From positions 630,001-662,000 of the forward strand of contig CAWJMG010000001.1 in assembly GCA_963843975.1 (NCBI GenBank): a stretch of DNA of 32,000 nt, read 5' to 3'. The position numbers and the translations under genes were made by a program. Numbering within the stretch: position 1 is the first letter of the stretch; each line of letters begins with the position of its first letter. This document shows positions 12,409-22,067 of this stretch, in pieces. Source of the stretch: an uncultured Actinomycetes bacterium. Its GTDB lineage: Bacteria; Actinomycetota; Actinomycetes; S36-B12; CAIYMF01. The notes beneath the pieces were generated by a model that searched no databases, was not told the origin of the DNA, and was given only the letters and a program-made list of their open reading frames with translations.

Positions 12409-14204
12409 CCACCGAGAACGCCGTCCAAGCGGACAACCTCGCGAGCGCCGTCTCCTACCTCCGCGTCTCGACGAAGGAGCAAGCGGAGCGCGACGGCGAC
12501 CCCGAGGGGTACTCCATCCCGGCGCAACGCGAGGCCAACCGCCGGAAGGCCGCCACGTTCGGCGCCGTCGTGGTCCGTGAGTTCGTCGACCGAGGGGAGT
12601 CGGCGCGCTCAGCCAACCGCCCGCAGCTCCAGAAGATGCTCGACTTCATCGCCGGGAACCCTGAGATCGAGTACGTCATCGTCCACAAGGTCGACCGACT
12701 CGCTCGCAACCGCCTCGACGACGTCCAGATCAACCTCGCGCTCAAGAAGGCCGGTGTCACCCTCGTGTCGGCCACCGAGAACATCGACGAGACGCCATCG
12801 GGAATGTTGCTGCACGGGATCATGAGCTCAATCGCCGAGTTCTACAGCCAGAACCTCGCGTCCGAGGTCATCAAGGGCATGTCCCAGAAGGTCCAGACCG
12901 GGGGCACCCCCGGTCGAGCACCGTTGGGATACCGCAACGTCCGCGTCCTGAGCCCTGAAGGCCGCGAGGTCCGTACCGTCGCGCTCGACCCAGAGCGCGC
13001 CGAGCTGATCCGCTGGGCATTCACGGTGTACGCCACCGGCGCATGGACCATCGACTCACTCACGCAGGCGCTGGCGGACCGTGGCCTGACCAACACCCCG
13101 ACACCGAAGTTCCCGGTCCGTCCCGTGCGTCCGAATCACCTCAACGACATCCTCAAGAACCCTTACTACAAGGGTGAGATCGTCTGGCGCGGTGCTCGGT
13201 ACGCGGGCCGTCACGAGCCACTCGTCGACGGTCCGACCTGGGCCCTCGTCCAGGAGGTGCTGGCTGCTCACGCTCCCGGGGAGAAACAACGCACCCACCA
13301 CCACTATCTGAAGTCGACCGTCTACTGCGGCATGTGCGGCAGCCGCCTCATCATCACCAACTCGAAGAACCGTTACGGCACCGTCTACCCGTACTTCGTC
13401 TGTATCGGACGCCATCAGAGGCGCACCGAGTGCTTCCAGAAGGCACTGCTCATCGCCGACGTCGAAGCCAAGGTCGAGGAGATCTACGCCGGCCTCCAGC
13501 TTCCGCCCGAGCTGCGGGTCAAGATCGAGGTGATGTTGCGACGTGAGCTCGCCGAGACTCGTCGTCAAGCCGAGTCCGAGCTGCGCTCACTCACGACTCG
13601 ACACGAGCGGCTGACGCACGAGCGCACCAAGTTGCTCCACGCGCACTACGCCGGTGCCATCCCGCTCGCGCTACTAAAGACCGAGCAGGACCGCATCGCG
13701 GCGCAGCTCGAGGTCATTGAGGCGCGCTTGGCTGCCAGCCAAACCCACTTCGACGACATCGAACGAAACCTCGCGATCGCTCTTGACCTCTCGTCAGACT
13801 GCCACCGCGCCTATATGACCGCCGACGACCACACGCGGCGCCTTCTCAACCAGGCGTTCTTCACGAAGCTCTACGTCGACGAGGAGCCCCGAGCTGACCT
13901 GGCCGAGCCGTTCAAGACGCTGCTGGGGATCGACGTCATGAGGGCCGTAGGCATGGCGGGGGATGACGACGCGGAGCTCATCGGGCATCGAGCACGAACC
14001 CGCGTAGGAGCCGGAGTCGCCACTGACGGAGTCGGCGTGCCCGCCGGCTGGTCGGTCAGCTACATCCGACAGGTCCGGAGCGTCGGGAAAGCTCAGGCCC
14101 CTCGAAAATCAAAACCTCCACGTGGCCGAAGCCTTCGTGAAGGTTTGAAAGAGAACTATCTGGTGCCCCCGGCAGGGCTCGAACCTGCACTTGTCCCGGT
14201 TTAA
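12405..14204 (+). CDS. Large serine recombinase (integrase of the element)
   Basis: Resolvase catalytic domain (SYLRVSTKEQ with the Ser nucleophile, VHKVDRLARN), recombinase domain, zinc ribbon CGMCGSRL..FVCIGRHQRRTEC and a coiled-coil segment. The last ~100 aa are low complexity. The stop TAA at 14202-14204 lies in the tRNA anticodon loop. Confidence 0.92.
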   Translation: MTTENAVQADNLASAVSYLRVSTKEQAERDGDPEGYSIPAQREANRRKAATFGAVVVREFVDRGESARSANRPQLQKMLDFIAGNPEIEYVIVHKVDRLARNRLDDVQINLALKKAGVTLVSATENIDETPSGMLLHGIMSSIAEFYSQNLASEVIKGMSQKVQTGGTPGRAPLGYRNVRVLSPEGREVRTVALDPERAELIRWAFTVYATGAWTIDSLTQALADRGLTNTPTPKFPVRPVRPNHLNDILKNPYYKGEIVWRGARYAGRHEPLVDGPTWALVQEVLAAHAPGEKQRTHHHYLKSTVYCGMCGSRLIITNSKNRYGTVYPYFVCIGRHQRRTECFQKALLIADVEAKVEEIYAGLQLPPELRVKIEVMLRRELAETRRQAESELRSLTTRHERLTHERTKLLHAHYAGAIPLALLKTEQDRIAAQLEVIEARLAASQTHFDDIERNLAIALDLSSDCHRAYMTADDHTRRLLNQAFFTKLYVDEEPRADLAEPFKTLLGIDVMRAVGMAGDDDAELIGHRARTRVGAGVATDGVGVPAGWSVSYIRQVRSVGKAQAPRKSKPPRGRSLREGLKENYLVPPAGLEPALVPV

Positions 14205-14237
14205 GCGGGATGCCTCTGCCAGTTGGGCTACGGGGGC
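14161..14237 (-). tRNA. tRNA, anticodon UAA (nominally Leu) but with a short 5-nt variable loop; identity uncertain
   Basis: Hand-folded cloverleaf of GCCCCCGTAGCCCAACTGGCAGAGGCATCCCGCTTAAACCGGGACAAGTGCAGGTTCGAGCCCTGCCGGGGGCACCA. Acceptor GCCCCCG/CGGGGGC; anticodon stem TCCCG/CGGGA with loop CTTAAAC; T arm GCAGG-TTCGAGC-CCTGC; A73; CCA encoded. The D stem has one mismatch or extra base. Confidence 0.75.
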
Positions 14238-14275
14238 GCGCGCACCAGTCTGCCGCGTGCGGCGGCGTCCAGGGG

Positions 14276-14797
14276 CTAGAGGTAGGTCTTGCGTGGGAAG
14301 ACGGCGTGCGGTCCGACGACGCGGTCGAGGAAGACGAAGCCGTCGAGGTGGTCGAGCTCGTGCTGGAGCGCGCGGGCCTCGAACGCATCGGTCTCGACGA
14401 CGACCTCCTCGCCCGTGCCGGGCAGGAGACCACGCACGACGATGCGCGAGGCGCGCTTCACGTCGCCGGTGAAGTCGGGCACCGACATGCAGCCCTCGCG
14501 CGACTTCTCGTTGCGCGACGACGACTCGACGTGCGCGTTCACGAGCACGTACTCGCCGTGGTGGATGCGCGCCTTGGGGTGCTGCGAGACGTCGAGCGAG
14601 AAGACACGCCATCCGACGCCGACCTGGTTGGCCGCAAGACCGACGCAGCCCGGCGAGACACGCTGCGTCGCAAGGAGATCCGCGGCCAGCTGCACTACGG
14701 CGGGGTCGGCGGGGTCGACGTCGACGCACGGCGTCGAGAGCACGTCCGCGGGCACGGTGACGACAGGCAGCACGCGGCCAGAAGGCAGCGATGGCAT
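14276..14797 (-). CDS. def: Peptide deformylase
   Basis: The three PDF motifs are present: GVGLAANQVG, EGCMSVP and QHELDHLDG. The start is uncertain (ATG 14797 or GTG 14824). Confidence 0.9.
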   Translation of the reverse strand: MPSLPSGRVLPVVTVPADVLSTPCVDVDPADPAVVQLAADLLATQRVSPGCVGLAANQVGVGWRVFSLDVSQHPKARIHHGEYVLVNAHVESSSRNEKSREGCMSVPDFTGDVKRASRIVVRGLLPGTGEEVVVETDAFEARALQHELDHLDGFVFLDRVVGPHAVFPRKTYL

Positions 14798-14833
14798 GAC
14801 GATCCGGCCGTCGACGATCCCCACGGCAGCGGC

Positions 14834-15352
14834 CTACAGCTCGTCGACGTCGGCGGCCTGGAACGAAGCGCGGACGCCGAGCTCGGCCGCAGCGGCTGTG
14901 ATCCGGGCGGTGAGCGTGTCGACGTCGGCATCCGACGGGAGCGCGACCTCGGCCACCAGCAGGTAGACGCCGGTGCCGAGGCGCGTCGTGAGGTCGGTTA
15001 TGTTGCCGCCGGCCTCGGCGACGACGCCGGTGAGGCCCGACACGATGCCCGGGCGGTCGGCGCCGTGCACCGAGAGGAGCCACGACGTGCCCTCGACGGC
15101 GGCGGCGTCGACGTCCGGCACGGGGAGCACCGAGACGACGAGGCCCTCGGCCGTGAGGTGCTCGAGCCGGGCAGCGACCTCGTCGGCGTCGGCCTCGACC
15201 GACACGACGAGCGTCCACGCGAAGTGCCCGCGCAGGAGAGTCATCGAGGAGTCCTCGAGGTTGCCCCCGAGCGCCGCGAGGGCGCCGGTGACCTCGGCGA
15301 TGATGCCGGGGCGATCGTGCCCGAGGACCGTGACGGCGAGGCTGCGAGTCAT
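14834..15352 (-). CDS. ACT-domain protein (GcvR-like, two ACT repeats)
   Basis: Two repeats of the ACT signature: VLGHDRPGIIAEVTGALAALGGNL and VHGADRPGIVSGLTGVVAEAGGNI. Confidence 0.75.
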   Translation of the reverse strand: MTRSLAVTVLGHDRPGIIAEVTGALAALGGNLEDSSMTLLRGHFAWTLVVSVEADADEVAARLEHLTAEGLVVSVLPVPDVDAAAVEGTSWLLSVHGADRPGIVSGLTGVVAEAGGNITDLTTRLGTGVYLLVAEVALPSDADVDTLTARITAAAAELGVRASFQAADVDEL

Positions 15353-15407
15353 GCAGCCAGCCTAGGCAGCCTCAGCCTCAGCCATGGATCCACCCCCACG
15401 CTGACAC

Positions 15408-15452
15408 TGATCAATCCGTCGTCTCCTGGCCCGGGAAACGACGGTTCGATCA
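15408..15452 (-). terminator. Imperfect long hairpin downstream of ndh
   Basis: TGATCAATCCGTCGT / ACGACGGTTCGATCA arms (15 positions, 2 mismatches) with a 15-nt loop. It begins 14 nt after the ndh stop and has no U-tract. Confidence 0.35.
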
Positions 15453-15466
15453 GGCTGAGCGGGGGG

Positions 15467-16805
15467 TCAGCCGGCGTGGCGGCGCGGGGCTCCGGTCTGC
15501 GTGAGCGAGGAGTTGCGGCGGAGGTCGTCGTGCGTGCCCCACAGGCTGGTCACGTCGCGCTTGAACAGGAACGCGATCGTCCAGTCGGCGACGACCGACA
15601 CCTTGCGGCGCGTCGTCGGCACCTTGCTCATGTGGTACGTCCGGTGCAGGAACCAGGCCGGGAATCCCTTGATCTGGATGCCCTTCACCTGCGCGACGCC
15701 CTTGTAGAGGCCGAGCGAGGCGACCGAGCCGTTGTGCTTGTGCTTGTAGTCGCTCGTCTCGAAGCCGCGCATCACGGCGATGACGTTGTCGGCCAGCACC
15801 TTCGCCTGGCGCACGGCGTGCTGCGCGGACGGCGAGCAGAACGTGCCCGGGTTCGTGAGGTCCGGTACGGCGGTGCAGTCGCCCGCGCCGAAGGCGTCCT
15901 CGAGGCCGACCACGCGCAGGTCGGTCGCGCACACGAGCCGGCCGCGCTCGTCGAGCGGCAGGTCGGTCGCCTCGAGCAGCGGGTTGGCCTTGACGCCGGC
16001 GGTCCACACGACGGTGTCCGACAGCATCTGTGCGCCGTCGGACAGCACGACGTGGCCGTCGACGGTCGACTCGAGCCGCGTCTCGAGACGGATCTCGATG
16101 CCGCGCTCGCGCAGCTGCTCCACGGTCCAGCGGCCCATGTCCTCGCCCACCTCGGGGAGGATCCGGTTCGTCGCCTCGACGAGGACGAAGCGCAGGTCGT
16201 CGGGGGTGATGTTGCGCATGTAGCGGGTCGCGTAGCGCGCGAGGTCCTCGATCTCGGCGAGGGCCTCGACGCCGGCGTACCCGCCGCCGACGAAGACGAA
16301 GGTGAGGTTGCGCTCGCGGATCGCGGGGTCGGTCGCGGTCTCGGCGATGTCGAGGCACTCGAGCACATGGTTGCGCAGCGCGATGGCCTCCTCGACGTTC
16401 TTGAAGCCGATGGCCCACTCGGCGAGACCCGGGATCGGCAGCACGCGCGGGACGGCGCCGACGGCCATGACGAGGACGTCGTACGGGAGCTCGTAGGCGT
16501 CGCCCTCGAGCGGCACGATCGTGGCCACCTTGCGCTCGTGCTCGACGGCCTGCACCGAGCCGGTGATGACCTCGGCGTCCGGGAGCGTCTGGCGCAGCGG
16601 GACGACGGTGTGGCGCGGCTGGATCGATCCGGCACCGGCCTCGGGCAGGAACGGCTGGTACGTCATGTACGAGCGCGGGTCGACCACGGTCACCACGGCC
16701 TCGCCGCGCTGGAAGCTTCTTGCCGAGGCGCAGCGCGGTGTACAGGCCGACGTAGCCGCCGCCGACGATGAGGATCCGCGGAAGGGTGCTCGTGCTGGTG
16801 GTCAT
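15467..16805 (-). pseudogene. ndh: Type II NADH dehydrogenase (NDH-2, FAD/NAD-binding oxidoreductase) with an apparent 1-nt frameshift near 16711-16718
   Basis: The N-terminal Rossmann motif MTTSTSTLPRILIVGGGYVGLYTALRLGKKL is in the frame starting at 16805. The rest (QRGEAVVTVVDPRSYMTYQPFLPE..FVFVGGGYAGVE..GDC..) is in the frame of ORF 15467..16696. The switch occurs at AAGAAGCTT-C-CAGCGC. Confidence 0.8.
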
Positions 16806-16951
16806 GAGTCCAGGTTAGGGCTGCCTCACCACGGCCGCACGGCCGGAACGCCTTGATTCCCAGCGCGAATCGTTCGCATCAAGCCCTGACATGCGGCGAC
16901 GCGCACCTGAGCGGAAACGCCTGTGCCGGACGTCTCACACCGGCGATCGGA

Positions 16952-17446
16952 TCAGGCGCCGAGCGCAGCCTCGACCGCGGCGACGACCTCGGGGGCGTCC
17001 GGCACGGTGGTCGGCGCGAAGCGGGCGACGACGTCGCCGTCGGCCGACACGAGCCACTTCTCGAAGTTCCAGCGGACGTCGCCGCCGTGGCCGGTCGCGT
17101 CCGCGGCCTCGGTGAGCTCGGCGAACAGCGGGTGGCGGTCGGCGCCGTTGACCTCGAGCTTGTCGGTGAGCGGGAAGCTCACGCCGTACGTCGTGGAGCA
17201 GAAGGTGGCGATCTCCTCGTTGCTGCCGGGCTCCTGGCCGAGGAACTGGTTGCACGGCGTGCCGAGCACGGTCAGGCCGCGCGGGCCGTAGGTGCGTGCG
17301 AGCTCCTCCAGCGCCGCGTACTGCGGCGTGAGCCCGCACTTGCTCGCGACGTTGACGACGAGCACCGGACCGTCGCCGGCGAGCTCGCCGAAGGTCGTGG
17401 TGGAGCCGTCGAGAAGGGTCAGCGGGACATGCGCCAGGTCGCTCAT
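16952..17446 (-). CDS. Glutathione peroxidase family protein
   Basis: VVNVASKCGLTPQY (catalytic Cys), LGTPCNQFLGQEPG and WNFEKWLV motifs. The likely start is ATG 17446 (MSDLAHV..). Confidence 0.88.
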   Translation of the reverse strand: MSDLAHVPLTLLDGSTTTFGELAGDGPVLVVNVASKCGLTPQYAALEELARTYGPRGLTVLGTPCNQFLGQEPGSNEEIATFCSTTYGVSFPLTDKLEVNGADRHPLFAELTEAADATGHGGDVRWNFEKWLVSADGDVVARFAPTTVPDAPEVVAAVEAALGA

Positions 17447-17502
17447 GCCTCCACCCTCGCAAGCGGTGCTTGAACCCGCAACAGACCCTGCTGTGGCGGC
17501 CG

Positions 17503-18408
17503 TCACCCGGAGAGGTCGCGGTACCGGTCGCTCGCCAGGAACGCCAGGACGAAGCGGGCCCCCGACTCGGTGAGATCCAGCGCCGGGATCTCGGCCGGGT
17601 CGACGAACACGATCGCCTGCCCCTCGCCGACTACGACGTCATCGTCGGCGAGATCCGTCGCCGCGGTGAACAGGTGGTAGGCGGCGGTCGAACCATCGCG
17701 CCACGTGAACGGCTCCGACACCCACGGAGTCAGCGTGCCTGGCTCGAGGTCGAAGCCCGTCTCCTCGAGCAGCTCGCGGTACGCCGCCTCCTCGGGCGTC
17801 TCGCCGGCCTCGACCGCGCCGCCGACGCAGCCCCACCGCAGCGGCGCCCGCGGCGCGTGCTCGTCGCGGTGCTGCAGCAGCACCCGCCCGGCGCGGTCGA
17901 CGAGCAGGATCGCGGCGTACGTCGGGCGCGCGGTGCCGAGGTCGACCCGCATCCACACCGTCGCATCGGCGTTGTCGTTGTAGCGGTCGACGTCCACGTA
18001 ACCCGCGGCGAGATAAAGCCGACGCGCGTCGAGGAGCTCGCGCTTGCTGTCGAGCACCACCTGCGCGAGGCCGCGGTGACGCGCCTCGTCGTGCAGGCGC
18101 TCGACCAGCGCGCGGCCCGCACCCTGCCCGCGCAGCGCGGGCGAGACCCACATCCGCTTGATCTCGGCGACCGCGCCGTACGCCTCGGTCTCGATCGTGC
18201 GCAGGCCCGCGCAGCCGAGCACGGTGCCGTCGCCGGACACCACGACCAGGAATGTTCCGCCCGGTGCACGGTAGTCGTCGAGCCGCGGGTCGTTGATCGT
18301 GGGCGACGACGGACCGAGCAGCGCGTCGAGCTCGGCGGAGTACGCGGCCACGGCGGCCGCCGAGTCGGGGTGCGCCGGGTCGCGCGGCTCGATCCGCCAG
18401 CCGGTCAC
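17503..18408 (-). CDS. GNAT acetyltransferase - Nudix hydrolase fusion protein
   Basis: GTG 18408 overlaps the ppx stop (GTGA). The N-half has the GNAT motif A (MWVSPALRGQGAGRALV). The C-half has the Nudix box GGAVEAGETPEEAAYRELLEETG. The upstream part of the 634-aa ORF is out-of-frame overlap with ppx. Confidence 0.75.
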   Translation of the reverse strand: MTGWRIEPRDPAHPDSAAAVAAYSAELDALLGPSSPTINDPRLDDYRAPGGTFLVVVSGDGTVLGCAGLRTIETEAYGAVAEIKRMWVSPALRGQGAGRALVERLHDEARHRGLAQVVLDSKRELLDARRLYLAAGYVDVDRYNDNADATVWMRVDLGTARPTYAAILLVDRAGRVLLQHRDEHAPRAPLRWGCVGGAVEAGETPEEAAYRELLEETGFDLEPGTLTPWVSEPFTWRDGSTAAYHLFTAATDLADDDVVVGEGQAIVFVDPAEIPALDLTESGARFVLAFLASDRYRDLSG

Positions 18409-19340
18409 GGCGCCGACTCGGCCAGGGCCCAGGCGAGGCCGTCGAGGATGTCGTGCTCGGACACCAGCACCTCGCTGACGCCGGTGCGGTGCATGATGCC
18501 GCGCAGCACGAGGACTCCGGCGTTGATCACGTCGACGCGCCCCGGGTGCATGACGCCGATGGCGGACCGCTCCGCCTGGTCGAGCCCCAGCAGCCGCTCG
18601 GACACTGCGACGACCTCGGCGGCGCTGATGCGCGACCCATGGATGCGGTCGGAGTCGTACTCCGACAGGTCGAGAGCGATGCCCGCAGCGGTCGTGACCG
18701 ACCCCGCGAGGCCCACCAGCGTGCGCGCCTGAGCGAGCGGGACAGCCTCTGCCGCATGGGATATCGCCGCATCGACGTCGGCTCGGATGGCAGCGACCTC
18801 CTCCGGCGACGGCGGGTCGTGCCGCACGTGCCGCTCGGTCATGCGCACGCAGCCGACGTCGACGCTGCGCGAGGCCACGGGCGCGTCGGTGCCGAGCACG
18901 AACTCCGTCGATCCCCCGCCGATGTCGACCACGAGGTACGGCGGCTCCGCGCCGACGAGGCCGCGGGTCGCGCCGGTGAACGAAAGCGCCGCCTCCTCGT
19001 CGCCCGTGATCACCTCGGGCTCGACGCCGATGCGCGCGAGCACGCCCGCGACGAAGTCGGCGCGGTTCGAGGCGTCGCGCGAGGCCGAGGTCGCCACGAA
19101 CCGCACGCGGGTCGCGCCGTACGACGTGATGAGCGCGGCATACGCCTCGCACGCGGCGAAGGTGCGCTCGAGCGCGCCGTCGGAGAGCCGACCGGTGGCG
19201 TCGACACCCTCGCCGAGCCGCACGATCTCCATCCGGCGGTCGACGTCGACCAGGGTGCCCGACGCGAGGTCGACGTCGGCCACGAGCAGGCGGATGGCGT
19301 TGGTGCCGCAGTCGATCGCGGCGACGCGGACGACGCTCAC
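18405..19340 (-). CDS. ppx: Exopolyphosphatase / Ppx-GppA family phosphatase
   Basis: AAIDCGTNAIRLLVADV and VVDIGGGSTEFV actin-fold ATPase motifs. GTG 19340 overlaps the upstream stop (GTGA). Confidence 0.85.
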   Translation of the reverse strand: MSVVRVAAIDCGTNAIRLLVADVDLASGTLVDVDRRMEIVRLGEGVDATGRLSDGALERTFAACEAYAALITSYGATRVRFVATSASRDASNRADFVAGVLARIGVEPEVITGDEEAALSFTGATRGLVGAEPPYLVVDIGGGSTEFVLGTDAPVASRSVDVGCVRMTERHVRHDPPSPEEVAAIRADVDAAISHAAEAVPLAQARTLVGLAGSVTTAAGIALDLSEYDSDRIHGSRISAAEVVAVSERLLGLDQAERSAIGVMHPGRVDVINAGVLVLRGIMHRTGVSEVLVSEHDILDGLAWALAESAP

Positions 19341-19840
19341 GCGGACTCGTCGCGCGTGCACGGACCCGTTGCACCCCAGTCGGGGAGGAGGTCGAGCGCC
19401 TCGTCACCGAACGGGTTCACGTCCGGACCGGCAGCGAGCGCGTGGCCGACGAGCACGTGCAGGCACTTGACCCGTGAGGGCATCCCCCCGGCCGTGATGC
19501 CGGCGATCTCCTCGACGTGCGAGATCTCCTCGCGCGAGGCGAGGTAGGCCTCGTGCGCCGCGGTATAGGCGGCAGCGAGGTCGGCGTCCTCGGCGAGGCG
19601 GTCCTGCATCTCGCGCATCGTGCCACCGGCCTCGAGCGTGCCGATCAGACCTGCCGCGCGCGGGCAGGTCAGGTAGTAGAGCGTCGGGAAGGGCGTGCCG
19701 TCGGGCAGCCGCGGCTCGGTCTCGACGACGTCAGGGTCGCCGCACGAGCAGCGGTGCGCCACGCGGCGCACGCCGCGCGGCTCGCGGCCGAGCTGGCGGG
19801 CGATGGCGGCGAGGTCCTCGGCGGAGGGCGCGTCGGTCAT
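19337..19840 (-). CDS. DUF501 domain protein
   Basis: CSCGDP..TLYYLTCP..VKCLHVLVGHALA pattern. It holds the conserved position between ftsB/divIC and ppx seen in actinobacteria. Start at ATG 19840. Confidence 0.8.
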   Translation of the reverse strand: MTDAPSAEDLAAIARQLGREPRGVRRVAHRCSCGDPDVVETEPRLPDGTPFPTLYYLTCPRAAGLIGTLEAGGTMREMQDRLAEDADLAAAYTAAHEAYLASREEISHVEEIAGITAGGMPSRVKCLHVLVGHALAAGPDVNPFGDEALDLLPDWGATGPCTRDESA

Positions 19841-19902
19841 GGCGAGATCGTCCCAGAGTCGGGCGGCGGGGGTGTCAGGGCGAGGCCGAAGCGGCCGGTG
19901 CG

Positions 19903-20415
19903 TCAGCGCGCAGGGGTCGGCTTGGTCGGCTTCGCGGGGGTGCCTGCCTGGTCGGCCTCCTGCACCGACTCCCAGAGCGTGGCGTACCACGCGGAGGTCG
20001 GCGCCTTCGAGGCCGACGTCGGCGCGGGCGCCTCCTGCGGGTCGAGCACGACGTACCCGACCTCGCCGGGCAGCACGTAGTGCAGCCGCTCGCGGATCAG
20101 CGAGGTGACGTACGCCGGGTCCTTCAGCCGCTCCTGCGAGAGGACGAGGTCGTCCACGCGAGCCTGGGCGGCCTCGTTCGAGGTGCGCAGCGCGTTGATC
20201 TCGGCGCGCTGGGCGAGCAGCTCGCGCAGCGGCACCGCGAGCGTGAGGACGAGCATCCCCAGGACGCCTGCGAGGATCACGGCCCGGCCGGTGAGGGTCG
20301 GGCGCTCGCGCACCTTGGAGGCGGCGGCGCGGACGCGACCACGTGCGGACGGGGTCGTCGCAGCCCCGCGGCGCGCCGCCTGGCGCTCCGCGGCACGCTG
20401 CGACGGCCCCGTCAT
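19903..20415 (-). CDS. Septum formation initiator family protein (FtsB/DivIC-like)
   Basis: A basic N-tail, one TM segment (AVILAGVLGMLVLTLAV) and a coiled coil (LRELLAQRAEINALRTSNEAAQARVDDL), then ..YVTSLIRERLHYVLPGE. It lies downstream of eno. Start at ATG 20415. Confidence 0.8.
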   Translation of the reverse strand: MTGPSQRAAERQAARRGAATTPSARGRVRAAASKVRERPTLTGRAVILAGVLGMLVLTLAVPLRELLAQRAEINALRTSNEAAQARVDDLVLSQERLKDPAYVTSLIRERLHYVLPGEVGYVVLDPQEAPAPTSASKAPTSAWYATLWESVQEADQAGTPAKPTKPTPAR

Positions 20416-20434
20416 ACGTACGAGTGTGACTCGA

Positions 20435-21787
<1,353 letters not shown>

Positions 21788-22067
21788 TCACTGCCTCGGC
21801 GACGTTGCCGGGAAGGCGCCACGGGTGCGGCGGCCGGACGCCACCGGGCAGGTGCCCAGGTCACGAACCGGTCACCCCGACCCTATCGGCCCGCGCCCGC
21901 TCAGCGGACCACCACCGCCCGAGCCCCGGTGTCTCCCCCACCACTCGCGGCAAGCATCGGATGACGGTGCGTCTGGTCGCCCACGGGGCACGCCGACTCC
22001 CCCGCCGGCAGGATCCGATGCCCTCCACCGTGCGCCGTACGCCGGGAAGGGGCACCCTGGACGCACC

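Larger units (their letters stand above)
4588..14204 (+). mobile_element. Integrated mobilisable/conjugative element (minimum extent); right junction within or next to the tRNA at 14161-14237; left end not identified and may lie beyond position 1
   Basis: The gene content is coherent: Nudix, small membrane proteins, T4CP-like ATPase, replication-relaxation protein, ArdC-like x2, XRE/ImmA, and a serine recombinase abutting a tRNA. Housekeeping genes begin immediately to the right. The lower-GC type I R-M and toroid genes to the left may be cargo of the same element or a neighbouring island. Confidence 0.6.

Noticed and set aside
14129-14146. Imperfect dyad AAGCCTTC-GT-GAAGGTTT sharing the half-site AGCCTTC with the 3071-3084 palindrome; considered as an att core with a GT central dinucleotide or a shared operator
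   Set aside because: The symmetry does not extend beyond 8 bp. The same 7-mer also occurs at 5085-5091 as part of an SD region, so the match may be chance. The palindrome at 3071 contains no GT core.
14109-15218. 369-aa extremely Arg/Pro-rich minus-strand ORF
   Set aside because: It is an out-of-frame overlap of def and the ACT gene. The low-complexity RRRR/PRPR content is not protein-like.
15353-15466. Cluster of 6-bp palindromic restriction sites (CCTAGG, CCATGG, GGATCC, TGATCA, CCCGGG) and CAGCC/GGCTGA short repeats between ndh and the ACT gene; considered as an engineered polylinker or scar
   Set aside because: There are no vector-like flanks. The sequence folds as a plausible terminator, and the repeats overlap the ACT-gene SD region. 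Chance occurrence in a 110-nt intergenic segment cannot be excluded.
16713-16718. An AAGCTT (HindIII) site at the ndh frameshift and another at 8755-8760; considered as evidence of cloning or engineering
   Set aside because: These are two isolated hexamers with no other construct signatures. I treat this as coincidence.
14210-16771. 853-aa ORF on the plus strand spanning def, the ACT gene and ndh
   Set aside because: It is antisense to three genes with strong motif support. Its composition is Arg/Asp/Gly/Val-rich, typical of stop-free shadow frames in ~70% GC DNA.
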